Assembly (NCBI GenBank): GCA_943704425.1
Contig: CALSCP010000569.1
Location: 1 to 61,864 of the forward strand
Source of the DNA: Ministeria vibrans ATCC 50519
Lineage: Eukaryota > Protista > Filasterea
Direction of reading: 5' to 3'
DNA: 61,864 nt
Below are positions 12,901 through 24,620 of this stretch, in pieces. A program made the position numbers and the translations under genes. The notes beneath the pieces were generated by a model. It saw nothing but the letters and a program-made list of their open reading frames with translations. It was not told where the DNA came from and searched no databases. The stretch's first letter is position 1. Every line of letters starts with the position of its first letter.

Positions 12901-14190
12901 TGCGAGACAGAGGGACCCGCCAATGTGAATGGTGCACCGGTTGCGCTTGCGCTCTCCACCTGCACCAAGCTCGCGATCAAGCTTGTACCGCTGCTGGTGG
13001 ATCGTCTGCGCTTGGACCGCGATGTTACCGTGGCCAACACGGTGTGCGAGTCACTCACGAGCGTCGTGCGCGAAAAGGGCTCGATGACGTGTCTTGCCGA
13101 GATGCTTCATCCCGTGGTGGAGACGGTCGCGCAAGTGTTGCAAGGCACTGTCGCGTGTTTTGCCGCCGCCGACGACGAAATGCTCGAGGAGGATGAAGCA
13201 GAAGAGCAGACCGAGTACGAGGAGTTGCTTATGCAGAACAGTGCGGATCTAATGGCGGGGCTCACGGAAACGTACGGTCCTGCTTTCAGCGAGTATTACG
13301 GCGGCCTTTTGCCTTTGTTGCTCAAGCACACGCGCAAGGGCAGCAGTGCAAGCTCTCGCTCGGTTGCCGTCGGCACCATTGGCGACACAGTGGCTTTTCT
13401 GGGCGACGCAGTTTCACCCCATGTGGCCGCAGTCATGCCCACACTCCTACGCGTCATGCAGCGTGATCCTGAGGGCGAAGTGCGCTCCAACGCTGCCTTT
13501 GCCTCGGGCATGCTGGCCCAGTATGCCAGTGCGGCCGTTGCGCCCTACGTCGAGGAGCTTCTCAAGGGGCTCTATCCGCTATTCTTCAACCAGGATCTCG
13601 TGCAGGTCACCGACAATGCCTGTGGTGCTGTCGCTCGCATGTTCCTGTCCTTTGGTGCCAACATTCCCATTGCTCAAGTAAGTGACCTATCCAAGAAGTG
13701 TGTGTTGGGTACTCGAACTGACTTTTCATCTTTCAGGTTCTTCCCACTCTGATGCAAGCACTGCCACTCAAGGCAGACACGGAAGAAAATGCACCGGTGT
13801 GCATTGCGCTCTCGTCGCTCATTCTTTCTCATCCCGCAGAGGTACAATTTGTTTGTTTGTTGTAATTTTTTTAATGTGCCCGTCACTCATTGGTGATTTT
13901 TGTTGTTTTTCAGATGTCATCGCATTTGACAAGCGTCTTTCAAATGTTTGCGCATGTGTTGGCTGATCCCGACCAGCAACTTCCCAAAAACGGTAAAAAC
14001 AAAAAGAGATTTGGAAAAAAAAAAGAAAAACAATTATTTATTTTGCTGTTTTAATTTTTTTTTTTTAGGACCAGAGGCGATTGAGAAGATGCGCGAGGCA
14101 CTGTGGAGTGTACGAGGACAGCTTGAAGGGGCTGTGATGCTGTCGGAAGCCCAAGTGGCCGTCCTTCAGTCGCTGATGCAGTCATCTTGA
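9916..14190 (+). CDS. IPO4: Importin-4 / Kap123-like karyopherin-beta (HEAT repeats); canonical first exon not found
   Basis: ATDRMK..PSCIPALAQ, RQLAAVLLRQRI, RWPELLPTL, EVREAACFTI, SRSVAVGTIGD, EVRSNAAFASG, VTDNACGAVARM, ALPLKADTEE; many GT-AG introns; stop at 14188-14190. Confidence 0.9.
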
Positions 14191-14321
14191 CACTTGATGT
14201 TGTCACGCACACACTCACACGCCATTTTCTTTTCACATTTGTACAATCGTATTTTTTGCTCTATAGTTTGTAATAATAATAATATAATGATAATAAATTT
14301 ATAAAATATTTAAATGTTTAA

Positions 14322-15807
14322 TCACTTTGCGAGAGCCTTGACGAAGACCGTTAGGAAATGTTTGAGGCCATGCATGTGGTGCTGGTTGGCAAGGACGTCA
14401 AGGAAAGCGCCGCGCAGAGTGCCCTTGATTGTCTCGGGCATGTCGGGGCTGGTGTGGTCGTCGCTGAGAAAGTGGCGCGCGATGGAGACGAATGGAGCGT
14501 TGTGGGTGATGCCGAGGAGCCAGTTGCAGGGAAGGGGAAGACGCTCTTGTGGGAGGGCAGGGCCTGGAGCGAGGTAGAGAGGTGAAGCGGTGCTGGTGGG
14601 CGTGACAAAAGCGCGGTTGCGGTAGAGGGCGTTAGTGAGGTCGATGATAAAACCGTTACATTGCAGCATGGCCGTGTCGACGCCGACGGGAGGGCGCATG
14701 GCCGTAAACAGAGGGCTCTCGTGGTCCTCGAGCGTCTCCTTGACAATCTCGCTGGCACGCTTGAAGCCGACAATGACGCCACAGAGTCGCGAGATAGGCA
14801 TGGCATGAGGGGAAAGAAGCAGACGGTAGACGAGATGGGCGCTGGGAAGCACAACAAAGTTGAGGCGGAGTTCGGTGTTGAGGCGTGGGAGCATTTCACA
14901 GAAGGAAAGCGCGGCGTGCTGGACGCAGACGTGGTCACGGTCGAGGGCGAGCGAGACAACTGCGAGATGGTCAACGTACTCGGCGAGACGGTTTAGTTCG
15001 AGTAGGAAGTCGACGTTGCGCTCGGGCGCGATAAAGACAGGTCGTTGTCGTTGGTCACCGCCGGGCACACGCTCGTCGGCAAAATACGACGCCCAGTCGT
15101 AGTTGGCGTAGTGCCAGAGCAGTTGTGCGTGACATTGGAGGAAGCGGGCGCGATGAGGAGCGTCTGCAGCGAGCACGAGTGGGCGCATGGGCAGCAGAAT
15201 GTCGTTGTAGAGGCGGTCAAAGCGACGCGGGAGAATGTGTGAAACAAGCTTGAGCACAAGAGGGAAGTAGTCGCGGCCGTTCCAACGGGCAAGATAGCGC
15301 GCAAGGAAGGTCTCGACTTCGGGTGCGAGTTCACCAAGAAACTCGGTGAGAGTGCCCAGCGAGAAGAGCAGTTCGCGCCCGCGACGGGTCTCGACTCCCG
15401 CAACACCATCGACACGCGAGAATTCCTCGGTGAGCGCATGGTGAAGGTAGTTTGAGAGACGTACGACAATGGTACGGTCACGCGAGCACGAGAGAACGTG
15501 ACGCAGTTTGTCTGAGCGCAGCACAGCGCCCATTTGTGCAGGCAGTTCAAGACGGTCCATGTGCGACGCAAGCTCTTCGTATGTGTTGAGTTGCTCCAGC
15601 GACAGCGCTGACGTGCTGGTAATGAGTGAGGAGAGAGCGGGCACAACCGAGTCTGTCTTTAGCGTGGGGTCAATGCGCTTCGCAGTTGAAGCAGTCGAAG
15701 TGGAAGTCGCTGTGGTGAGTGTGTCTGTCTTGGATCGTTTCCCCCCTCGATCCCTAGACTTTGCGCGGACACCCTCCATCTCGATGTCATTGTCATCATC
15801 CTCTTCG

Positions 15808-15839
<32 letters not shown>

Positions 15840-17069
15840 GTTGTCGTCTTCGTCGTCGTCTTCATCAGCGTCATCTCGACTCCTTCTCCTGTTCTTCTTT
15901 TTCCTCTGTCTCTGCGCAACAGCGGAGTCTTCACCGGCGAGACGACTTGCAAACTCACGCGACACGGCAAATGGCGCATGTACCGAGCTGGGAAGATCAA
16001 AGGGAAGATTGTCGCGGCGGTGTTGCTCTTGGACACGTTCAATGTCGGCGTAGAGGGCGCGATGGGGGTGCACAAAGAAGACGCGCGACGAGTGACCGCG
16101 GTACTTGTTGAGGGCGACCAGGTGAGGTGCGTACAGACCAAAGACGTACAAGAGACCCGTGATGGCAATGTCTTCGTGCCCGAGGCGTGTCTGTAGTTCA
16201 ATGAGGCGACGGACGCGGAACGGGAGGACGTCTTCGCGACGGGTCAGGTAGAAGAGCAGGTGACAAGTGGCGGTGCGCAGCGTGTCGTACGACGTAAAGT
16301 GGAAGAGGACTCCGTACAAAGCGTGCATCGACTGCTTATTGTCAATGTAGTCGTACACAAGGACGAGCCAATTGATGAGCGAACTGTGCAATGGCAGGCG
16401 AAACTAAATGCACACAAAAAGTGAGTTGAGACGGTAACAATAAAGAAAGACTTCTTACGATTCGGGTGCACATCATTGAGATGAGTTTTACAACGGCCTG
16501 TTGCGGCACGGTGGAGCGGGGGATGAGGCAATGTACAAGGGAACTGCAAAGAGACACTGGAGATGAGCAACACAACACAACTCGCATTGGACCAGCCGTA
16601 CCGAATGCCGCGCTGACGCTTCTTTGTGAGCGCCGGAAGGCTTTCAATGACGGTGACAAGTTGGTCGGGAGAGAGACCTTCGACTCTGGCGACGGCATGG
16701 AGGCTGGAGAGGAGAGGGGAAGGGGCAACGGTGTCAAACGGATGCAACGGAGGCCAAGCGCAGGCGTAATACGGCACGGGAGAGGCTCACAGCGGAGGGG
16801 GGGGCGTTGCTTGGAGTTGGAGGATTCGCGGCAGGGGAGTGTGTTCGAGTGAAGGCGACGCGGGAGGGAGAGAGGGACGCGAGAAGGTTCAAAACCGATA
16901 CGCGTTTGACAGCAAGCGCATACGAACTTAGCGTTGAGGAGTCGGGCGAGGAAGTGTGCACCAAGGAGAGAGAGTGTGTGTGTGTGCAGTGAGACTGGCA
17001 GTGGGCGCAGCGGCAGTAGGAGACAGGGAGAGTGAGAGAGAGAGACTCTTTGAACTTTGGCGCCCAAAC

Positions 17070-17109
<40 letters not shown>

Positions 17110-17191
17110 ATTACTCTCTGACAGCTTCTGCAAACTCCGAGCGGTCGAGGCTCCCGTCTAAGACTCTGTCGACTATTCGTTGGGCGTCCAT
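14322..17191 (-). CDS. CENPI: Centromere protein I (CENP-I/Mis6)
   Basis: Exon 1 MDAQRIVD...EAVR splices (intron 16704-17114) to LHAVARVEGLSPDQL. Motifs LYGVLFHF..YDTLR..CHLLFYLTRREDVLPFRVRRL, RLELPAQMGAVL and YLARWNG. Confidence 0.85.
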
Positions 17192-17369
17192 CAATGAGGA
17201 ATCGGAGAGAAAAAGTTGAGACTTGAGTGAGAGTGTGAGACTCACTCACTCACTGTTTTAGATCAAAATTGAAAATTCAAAGTTTCAAACATTTTACATC
17301 TCTCTCACTGGCCCTGTCTTTATCTTTCATTGCATACGTACAAAAGATACAGTACTTGCAAAAGCCCAA

Positions 17370-18254
17370 ATGGACACGGACCCTGAGACGCTGTCGCGGG
17401 CGGTGGAGGAAGCGCTTGCGACGGGCGATTGCGACGGACTCATTGGAGTGCTGTCGGGCGCTGGAGACGCGAGCGTGCACCTGGCGTCGGCCATGCTACG
17501 GTATACGCTTGGTCGATATGCAGAGCGACGAGCGGCTCTTGAGGTGGGTTGAGGGTTGTCGGTTGCGGTTCGGTAGTGTGTTGGCTGACGCGTCTCGTTG
17601 CGTTTGCACAGCGCGCCATCCAAGCGGAGCGGGAGCGTCTGGAGGGCACGCCCGAGCTGGGTGTGGTGGATGGGGCGACGACGGCTCTGCGGCGGCGTAG
17701 TCTTGCGCTGAGTGCCGAGGCGCTCTTTGACGTGTGTGTGCGCACTCTGGTTGATGCTGGGGCGGATCCCAATGTGCGCGCGTCGTCGAGCATTCTGAAC
17801 GACCGCAGTGCCGACCAAGACTTGAACGAGATGACTCCTTTGATTTGTGCTACGGTACGCGAGAGACCATGGTGGTGGTGCATTTTGCTGAAATTAGGGT
17901 GGTAGATGTGTCGCCGTGTGTCGCTTGTGGAGTATTTGTTGCGCCACGGCGCCAATGCCGAGATGGAGTGTGCAACGACAGGCCCTGCGCTCGCGGTGGC
18001 GGTGCATGCAAACAGCGGGCGATTGACGAGTGTGTTAGCTGAGAATTGCGCCGAAAGCGTCGAGATGTCGGTGGCAATGGGCATCGAGGAGACTCCCCTC
18101 ACCATGGCAGTGCGCTCGGGAGCATTTCGGGCGGCACATGCATTAATAAAGGCTGGTGCGGACACACAGGCGACCGATGAGATGGGCCGTACGCCACTAC
18201 ACTTGGCCATGAGCACAGGAAATCCACGAATGGTATGGGTAGTGGAGTGAGAGT

Positions 18255-18353
<99 letters not shown>

Positions 18354-19017
18354 GAAGGAGCGAGGGACCTAGAATGAGATGCTTTTGTGTTTGTAGGTGT
18401 CACTATTGGTGTCAAATGGAGCGAACAGTCGAGCAGTGGATTTGCAAGGGAACACAAGTTTGCACGTGTGTACGCATGTGACAGCGGCACAGGCACTGTT
18501 GGAAGGGAGTGGACATCGCAGAGCAGTGCTCGAGAGCAAAGTAATGGGACAAGTGCGGGAAGAAGAAGGAGAAGGAGAAGGAGAGGAGGGAGAGGAGGGA
18601 GGAGAAATGGGGGAAGGCGAAGATACAGAAGTGGACGTGGGGTGGATTGTGGGTGTGCAGAATGCGCGGGGGTGTGTGGCGTGGGAGATGGCGGAGCGAC
18701 GTAGAGCCGCACGAGAGCTGGTGGACTATCTGAAAGGGTTTGGGGTGCAGAGCAAAGAAGAAAAAGAAAAAGGAGCAGTCAGAGGAGCTGGGGGTGTACA
18801 TGGGGGCTATGAAAGTGGTGCGCGACGGCGGCAGAGGGGGATTATTACAGCGCGGCAGTGCATCTATGGGACACTGGTGGTGCTTATGGTGGCAGTGGGT
18901 GCGCTTGTGCTCACCTGGAATATCACCGGTCACCATCCACGCACAGTGTATCAGCTGATGGTGCAGGAGAGTAGCACAGCATCAGTGGCCACCGGTGGCG
19001 AAGTCCATCGTCTGTAG
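17370..19017 (+). CDS. Ankyrin-repeat protein with a C-terminal transmembrane anchor
   Basis: Ankyrin motifs MTPLICA, ETPLTMAV..G..LIKAGAD, MGRTPLHLA and QGNTSLH; hydrophobic IYGTLVVLMVAVGALVLTW near the C-terminus. Confidence 0.8.
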
Positions 19018-19442
19018 TGTACATCACTTGTTGATCAAGAATAAGAAGAGAAGAACAAAGTGAACTATAGTGTATTGGTATACGGCCGACGCACGTTTGC
19101 CAACTTCAACGATCCGGATAATTGAACAGATTTGTTAATTTTGTTAAGGCAGCGTCTCTCATAGAGAAGACGGAGGAGCTCGATTAAGTTTGATTACCCT
19201 TGGTTTTAAGTTGAGTAGGACTGATCGAAGTTTCAGTTTTGTTTGGTGTATGTGTGTCGCTCGTAGTGTCGTCAAGCCAACGCGAGCAAGATTCACGTAG
19301 GAGAATAGCAGTGGTGGCCTTGTCGTGGGGTTGGATGACGAAGAGGAGTTTGTCAGACGTTTATTTGAAGAACGATAGAAAAATGATTTTCTCATTCGAA
19401 ATAATCTTATTCTGAATTCGTTCAGTGAATTTAATTTGAGAA

Positions 19443-20691
19443 ATGAAGATCGACTTATGGCTTTCGAGTGTACACTCGCTGACGCTGTTTGCGGACGCGG
19501 CGGGCGTGTGCTGGGCGCAGGTGGTGGAGAATGTGCGACTGATGCAGTCGAATGAGAATGTGACCGCTCTCGAGTATATCGACGACGACGGCGACCGCAT
19601 TGTCGTGTCGAGTGACGAGGAGTGGCGCGAGGCGTTGTTGTGTCACTCGCGCGTCGCTCGCGATGCGATTGAGCTTTTTGTGGTATGTCTTATTTTTTTG
19701 TTGTTTGTTGTTGTTGTTTACAAGTTGGATGACATTCACCAGAAGCACTCTTCGGTGTCGTCTTCGCCGGCCTGCTGCACGCCAACCCAGCGCAAACCAT
19801 GCTGCGCGCCCACGACGGCGGCGAGGGGCTGTGGAAAGGGGGCGGGAGGGGCGTGTGGGCCAAGCGCGTCTGCCTGTGATTCTTCCGTCTCTTCGAACGC
19901 CAAGCGCGAGTGTTCGGGATGCTCGCAGGCAGACCGGCGTGGCGGCTGCTGTCCGCCGAAGACGACGGAGTGCTGTGGGCCGGCAGTGCGGCGTTTTGGC
20001 GACTGCTGTCCGCCGCAGCCGTCGAAGGAAGGATCGCGCGATCCGCGCGTGCAGTGCGGCGACTGGGAGCGACTGACGACGCCGCGGGTGGCGCCGGAGA
20101 AGGTGTCGAATCCGATGGCGGCAACCTACCAGTATGCGGGGGAGGCGTTGCGTGCGGTGACGCTGCCGCTGGGACCCATTGGGGGCGGGTGCATTGCGGT
20201 GGCGGGAGACGGTGGACTGCGTCAGTGGCAGCCAGTGAACCGAGTGAACCACGACGGACATGTGCCGGACTCGTTCTTTGCGATCAGCGTGACGGATAAG
20301 GCGTCGGGGAGCCGCAAGGCGGTTGTGCTTCAGTCGCCAACCTACTACGACAGCACGGGATTTACACCGGTGAGGAGGAAGAGAGAGAAGAGAAGAGGGA
20401 GAAAAAAGTTGGTTGTGTTTTGACGTCCTTGCTTTTGTGTGTGGTTTCAGGCGCCGATTGTGACGGATCACATTGTGCCACCGGCGTCGATTGCGCTGTT
20501 GAAGGAGCTTCCTGGAGTGAAGACAGTGCAGGTGACGGCAAAATACCCAGTGGTGGAGGTGGACTATGTGAGTGGGGAAGTCCCAGTGTCGGTGCACATG
20601 GACGCATACTCACCTGGCTGGGCTCTGGACACGAAGAACTCAGCACTGCCCGTGATTCTGTTTGACTTTACAGTAGGAATTGAGTGATTTA

Positions 20692-20734
<43 letters not shown>

Positions 20735-21455
20735 GTGGTGGTGGTGGTGGTGGTGGCAAAGAAAGAAGAGACTGATTGGGAGTGGTGTGTTGAGTAGGTG
20801 AAGAACACAACGAGCAGCACTCAGAGTGTGTCCGTGATGCAGACACTGCAGAATTTTGTCGGATGGAACGGACAGACGCAGATCACCAAGGAAATTGAGG
20901 ATAGGGGATACGGCGGGAATGTGAACAAGGACTTGGCGATGAATGGAATGACTGTGATTGACCTGAGCAATGAGTCTCTTCGCGACGATGATGAGGTATA
21001 AAAAGGATGCAGAGGGAGAGAGTTTGGGTGCGTGTGCGTGGTGTGTGCGTGACTGTGAAAGTGCGAGTTCATGAGTGTCTAATCCCCCCTCCCCCCTCTC
21101 TGTGAAGTTCCAAGGACGCGCTGCACTAGGAGTGTTCACTGGAGCGGGACAGAGTGTGTCCGAGATGCGACAGTTTGACAGTGCTGCGACGGTGTGGAAG
21201 CACTTTGACTCGGACAGCGGACTGCCGGGCCAAGGTTAGTGAGTGGGTGAATGGGATCGTAAGAGGATTGACCTGCTCTCGCTTTGTGTCTCTGTCTGCC
21301 TCTCTCCTGTCTCTGTCTATGATAGGGTCTGTGGGACCATCACCGTCCGGAAAGACGTGGAATGCCGCGATTGCAGCGACTCAGGACATTGCAGCGGGCG
21401 ATTCTGCGACTTTCAAGGTGAATTGTTATCCTTGTTTTTATTCAGTTAGCCCTTC

Positions 21456-21549
<94 letters not shown>

Positions 21550-23433
21550 CTTCCCTAGTTTCTGATTGCGTGGCACTTCCCAAATCGCTACCTCTCGTGG
21601 GGTAATCCGTCTGCTCCACATCTTCTACCGTACGATTCAACTTAACAATCGCCTCTTCTCACTCCTCCCCCCACACTCTCTTGATTCTTAATTAAAAGGA
21701 AAACCCGAATGGTCCTTGGAAACGAGTACGCGAATCTGTGGAAGTCCCTTTCCCTTGTGCTTGAGTATGTGCGGGACAACGAAGCAATGCTACGCAAGAA
21801 CACGTAATCCGTCCAAGCGAAGAGACTTATTGTCCATCTTCTCACCTAAATAAATAGTCTTCTGTACCGAGACTCCATGTACACTGCTTCATCGCCATGG
21901 CAACTTGTTGACAGTGCCGGTACGCCTTCCTGCTATTTAGTCGATGTCTCTGTCTCTCTGTCCTGATTTTTTTTGGATTGTTACTCAGCTGCTCGTCAGA
22001 TGCCTATTCGCTCCCCAACTTGCATGTGGCATGCAGACGGTACATTTATCATTGTTTTCTTATCGCATTCTTCATCACCTTATTCACCACCGCACGTATA
22101 TAACATTTTCTCGTCGCACAATTGCACTTTACTCGTAGGCAATCTGTATGCCTTTGAGGGATGCCACACAGACGGTGGCTGCTGTCCGCTCAACTGCACG
22201 CACGTGTGGAACTACGAACAAGCACTGAGCTTTGTCTATCCGTCACTCGAACGCACGATGCGCAAAGTCGACTTTGAGAAGCAAATGGTATAATTATAAC
22301 GAATAACTCAACTTGTGTGGGCGACGCTTTAATAACTACAAACTTTACTTTAGGCACCGATCAATCACATTATTCCATCGCGCACGACTGTTCCCCTTCA
22401 ACTTAGCCGTGAGGTCTGTTTCACATTGAATAATTAGATGTTTGAGGGAGTGGCACAATCTAAGTATCATGGGAATGTATAGTGGAGTGAATGGCCCAAC
22501 TACGAGCAGATTGATCCGGCCAGCACAACCATTTGCGTTGATGGAGAGGTACCTTGTATTTTACGGATCTGTATATTATTCTCAATGGCATTGTATGTTT
22601 TTTTTATATATGTAGATTGGAACTGTGTTGAAGACCTATCGTGAAGTAATGAGTAGAGAGCGATTTCGAATGGCCGAGACCTATTCACAGTCTCTCTCCT
22701 CGTTAGGTTTTGATGTGTGGTTCTCGTCCATTCCTCACTGAAATGTGGCCTTTCGTGGTGAAACTGATGGACCGTTGGCTGAATGTGATTGATGCGGAGG
22801 GCGATGGAGTCATTCGCGGACCACAGCCTAACACTTACGATTGTGCGATTTACGGCGCCAACACGTTTATGGGCACTCTGTATATACATGAGAGAAGCAC
22901 GAGTGTGTTGTTATGAATAACGTTGGGATTGTTCTTTAGGTATCTGTGTGCGCTGCGCTGTGCTGAGGAAATGGCCAAAATGATGGTCAGCACGAGCGAA
23001 ATGAGAAAGGAACCCGACTAAACCGAAACTAAACCTTTCTTCATTGACGTTTAGGGAGATTCTGATCTGGCCACAAAGTATCACGCACGATTTCAGATTG
23101 GCTCAGCCAACCTTGACAAACTATGCTTCAACGGATCGCACTATGTTCAGATTGCGGATCCAGCACACGAAGTACCAAAGAGAAAAAAAAAGTTCGGGTC
23201 GCGTCTCACACACAATCGCCATTTTTTATTTATAGGTTGAGCTTCTGACTGACAGCACTTTTGTTGACTGTTTGGGGGGCCAGTGGTGGGCATTCATTCT
23301 GGGACTGGGCTATCTGTTGCCTCAAGCTCACGTCGCGTCGACTGTGCGTGCCATTCAAAAGGCCAATCATCGCGACTCGTTTGTGCCGGCAGATCAAGCT
23401 CCGCGACAGTACAATAATAATATTATTAATCAA

Positions 23434-23485
<52 letters not shown>

Positions 23486-24355
23486 GCATTATTCTATTAA
23501 TTTTATTCTTGTTTTTTATTATTATTGTGTGCGTGTTTTGACTTGTTGTCCCTCGACTTTCAGGTTCTTTGACCAGCGTGACGCAGGATTGTATGTCGGT
23601 CGTTGGCCAAGTGGAACCATTCCCAAGAATGCAATGCGATACACAAGTGAGGCAATGTGGAGTGGACTGGCGTATCCACTGGCGGGACTGGCTCTGGTAG
23701 AGGGACTAACGGACGTCTGGACCCAGATTCTGACAGACACTCGAGCCAATTACGACGGAACACGGTAGGAGAGTGAGAGTAAATGAGAGGGAGTGGACTA
23801 ACTTGTGATGCAGCCGGTCCCCGTGGAATGAGATTGAGTGCGGCGATCACTATTCTCGTCCAATGTCGGGCTTTGCACTGTTCCCACTTGTGTCTGGCCA
23901 AGTAAGTCGAGTCCAACTGAATAAGGAAGTGTCTAAACTTTCTTTTTACACCTGCTTGAACTAGTTGTGGAACGGGATTAGTACGTCGTTGACTTATGGG
24001 CCTCGTCTGAATCCAGACAACTTCCAAGTACGTCTCACACATGTCACTGTATATAACTGGGGTGACTCGGCTTGATTCTTAGGGATTTACAATCTTTGGC
24101 GGAGTATGGGGAGTGTACAGCCAGAAGATCAGCTCGGCTAGTCCGGCGGGAAGTGCGATTGTGGACATTCGAATGGGAAGTCAGAGTGTGTCGAGTGTGA
24201 CACTGAGCTCTGCTCTTGCAACCTCTGCGAGTGCGACTGTGGCGGGCAAGGGTGTTGGCGTGGTGATTAGCCGGTCTGGAGCCAATGTGATTCTCAAGTT
24301 TACGCCGTCGCTGACTCTCACTGCACCTGATGTGCTCACTATTGTCCTCTCTTGA
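19443..24355 (+). CDS. PB1 domain + Cys-rich linker + GH116 beta-glucosidase/glucosylceramidase-like enzyme
   Basis: PB1 OPCA motif [22 protein letters not shown]; GH116 motifs [59 protein letters not shown] and [17 protein letters not shown]; many short introns. Confidence 0.88.
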
Positions 24356-24620
24356 GTCTCTAATGAAAATTCGAGGAAATTTTTTAAAGCAAATAAATAG
24401 AGAATCGATACTATGTGAAGACATTATGCAAACAATACTTTCGCCGTAGACAATCGTCAATTAATCATACTATTTCACTGAAACTATCGCGCTCAACAAC
24501 GGACTTGACATGCTCAACTCAGACAGTTTGTTAACGTTGTAACAATGGTTTATGTCATGATTGCAACTTTAACTTCCCTCCCTCTTCTCTCTTCTCTCTT
24601 CAAAACTCTCTCATTCTCTT

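Noticed and set aside
19060-19378. Possible small exon(s) ENSSGGLVVGLDDEEEFVRRLFEER* between the ankyrin and GH116 genes
   Set aside because: I could not link it to a start codon or a convincing upstream donor.
19455-20597. Long antisense ORFs (also 44793-45746, 41809-42573, 60769-61668 and others)
   Set aside because: These are shadows of GC-rich coding exons, with no recognisable motifs.
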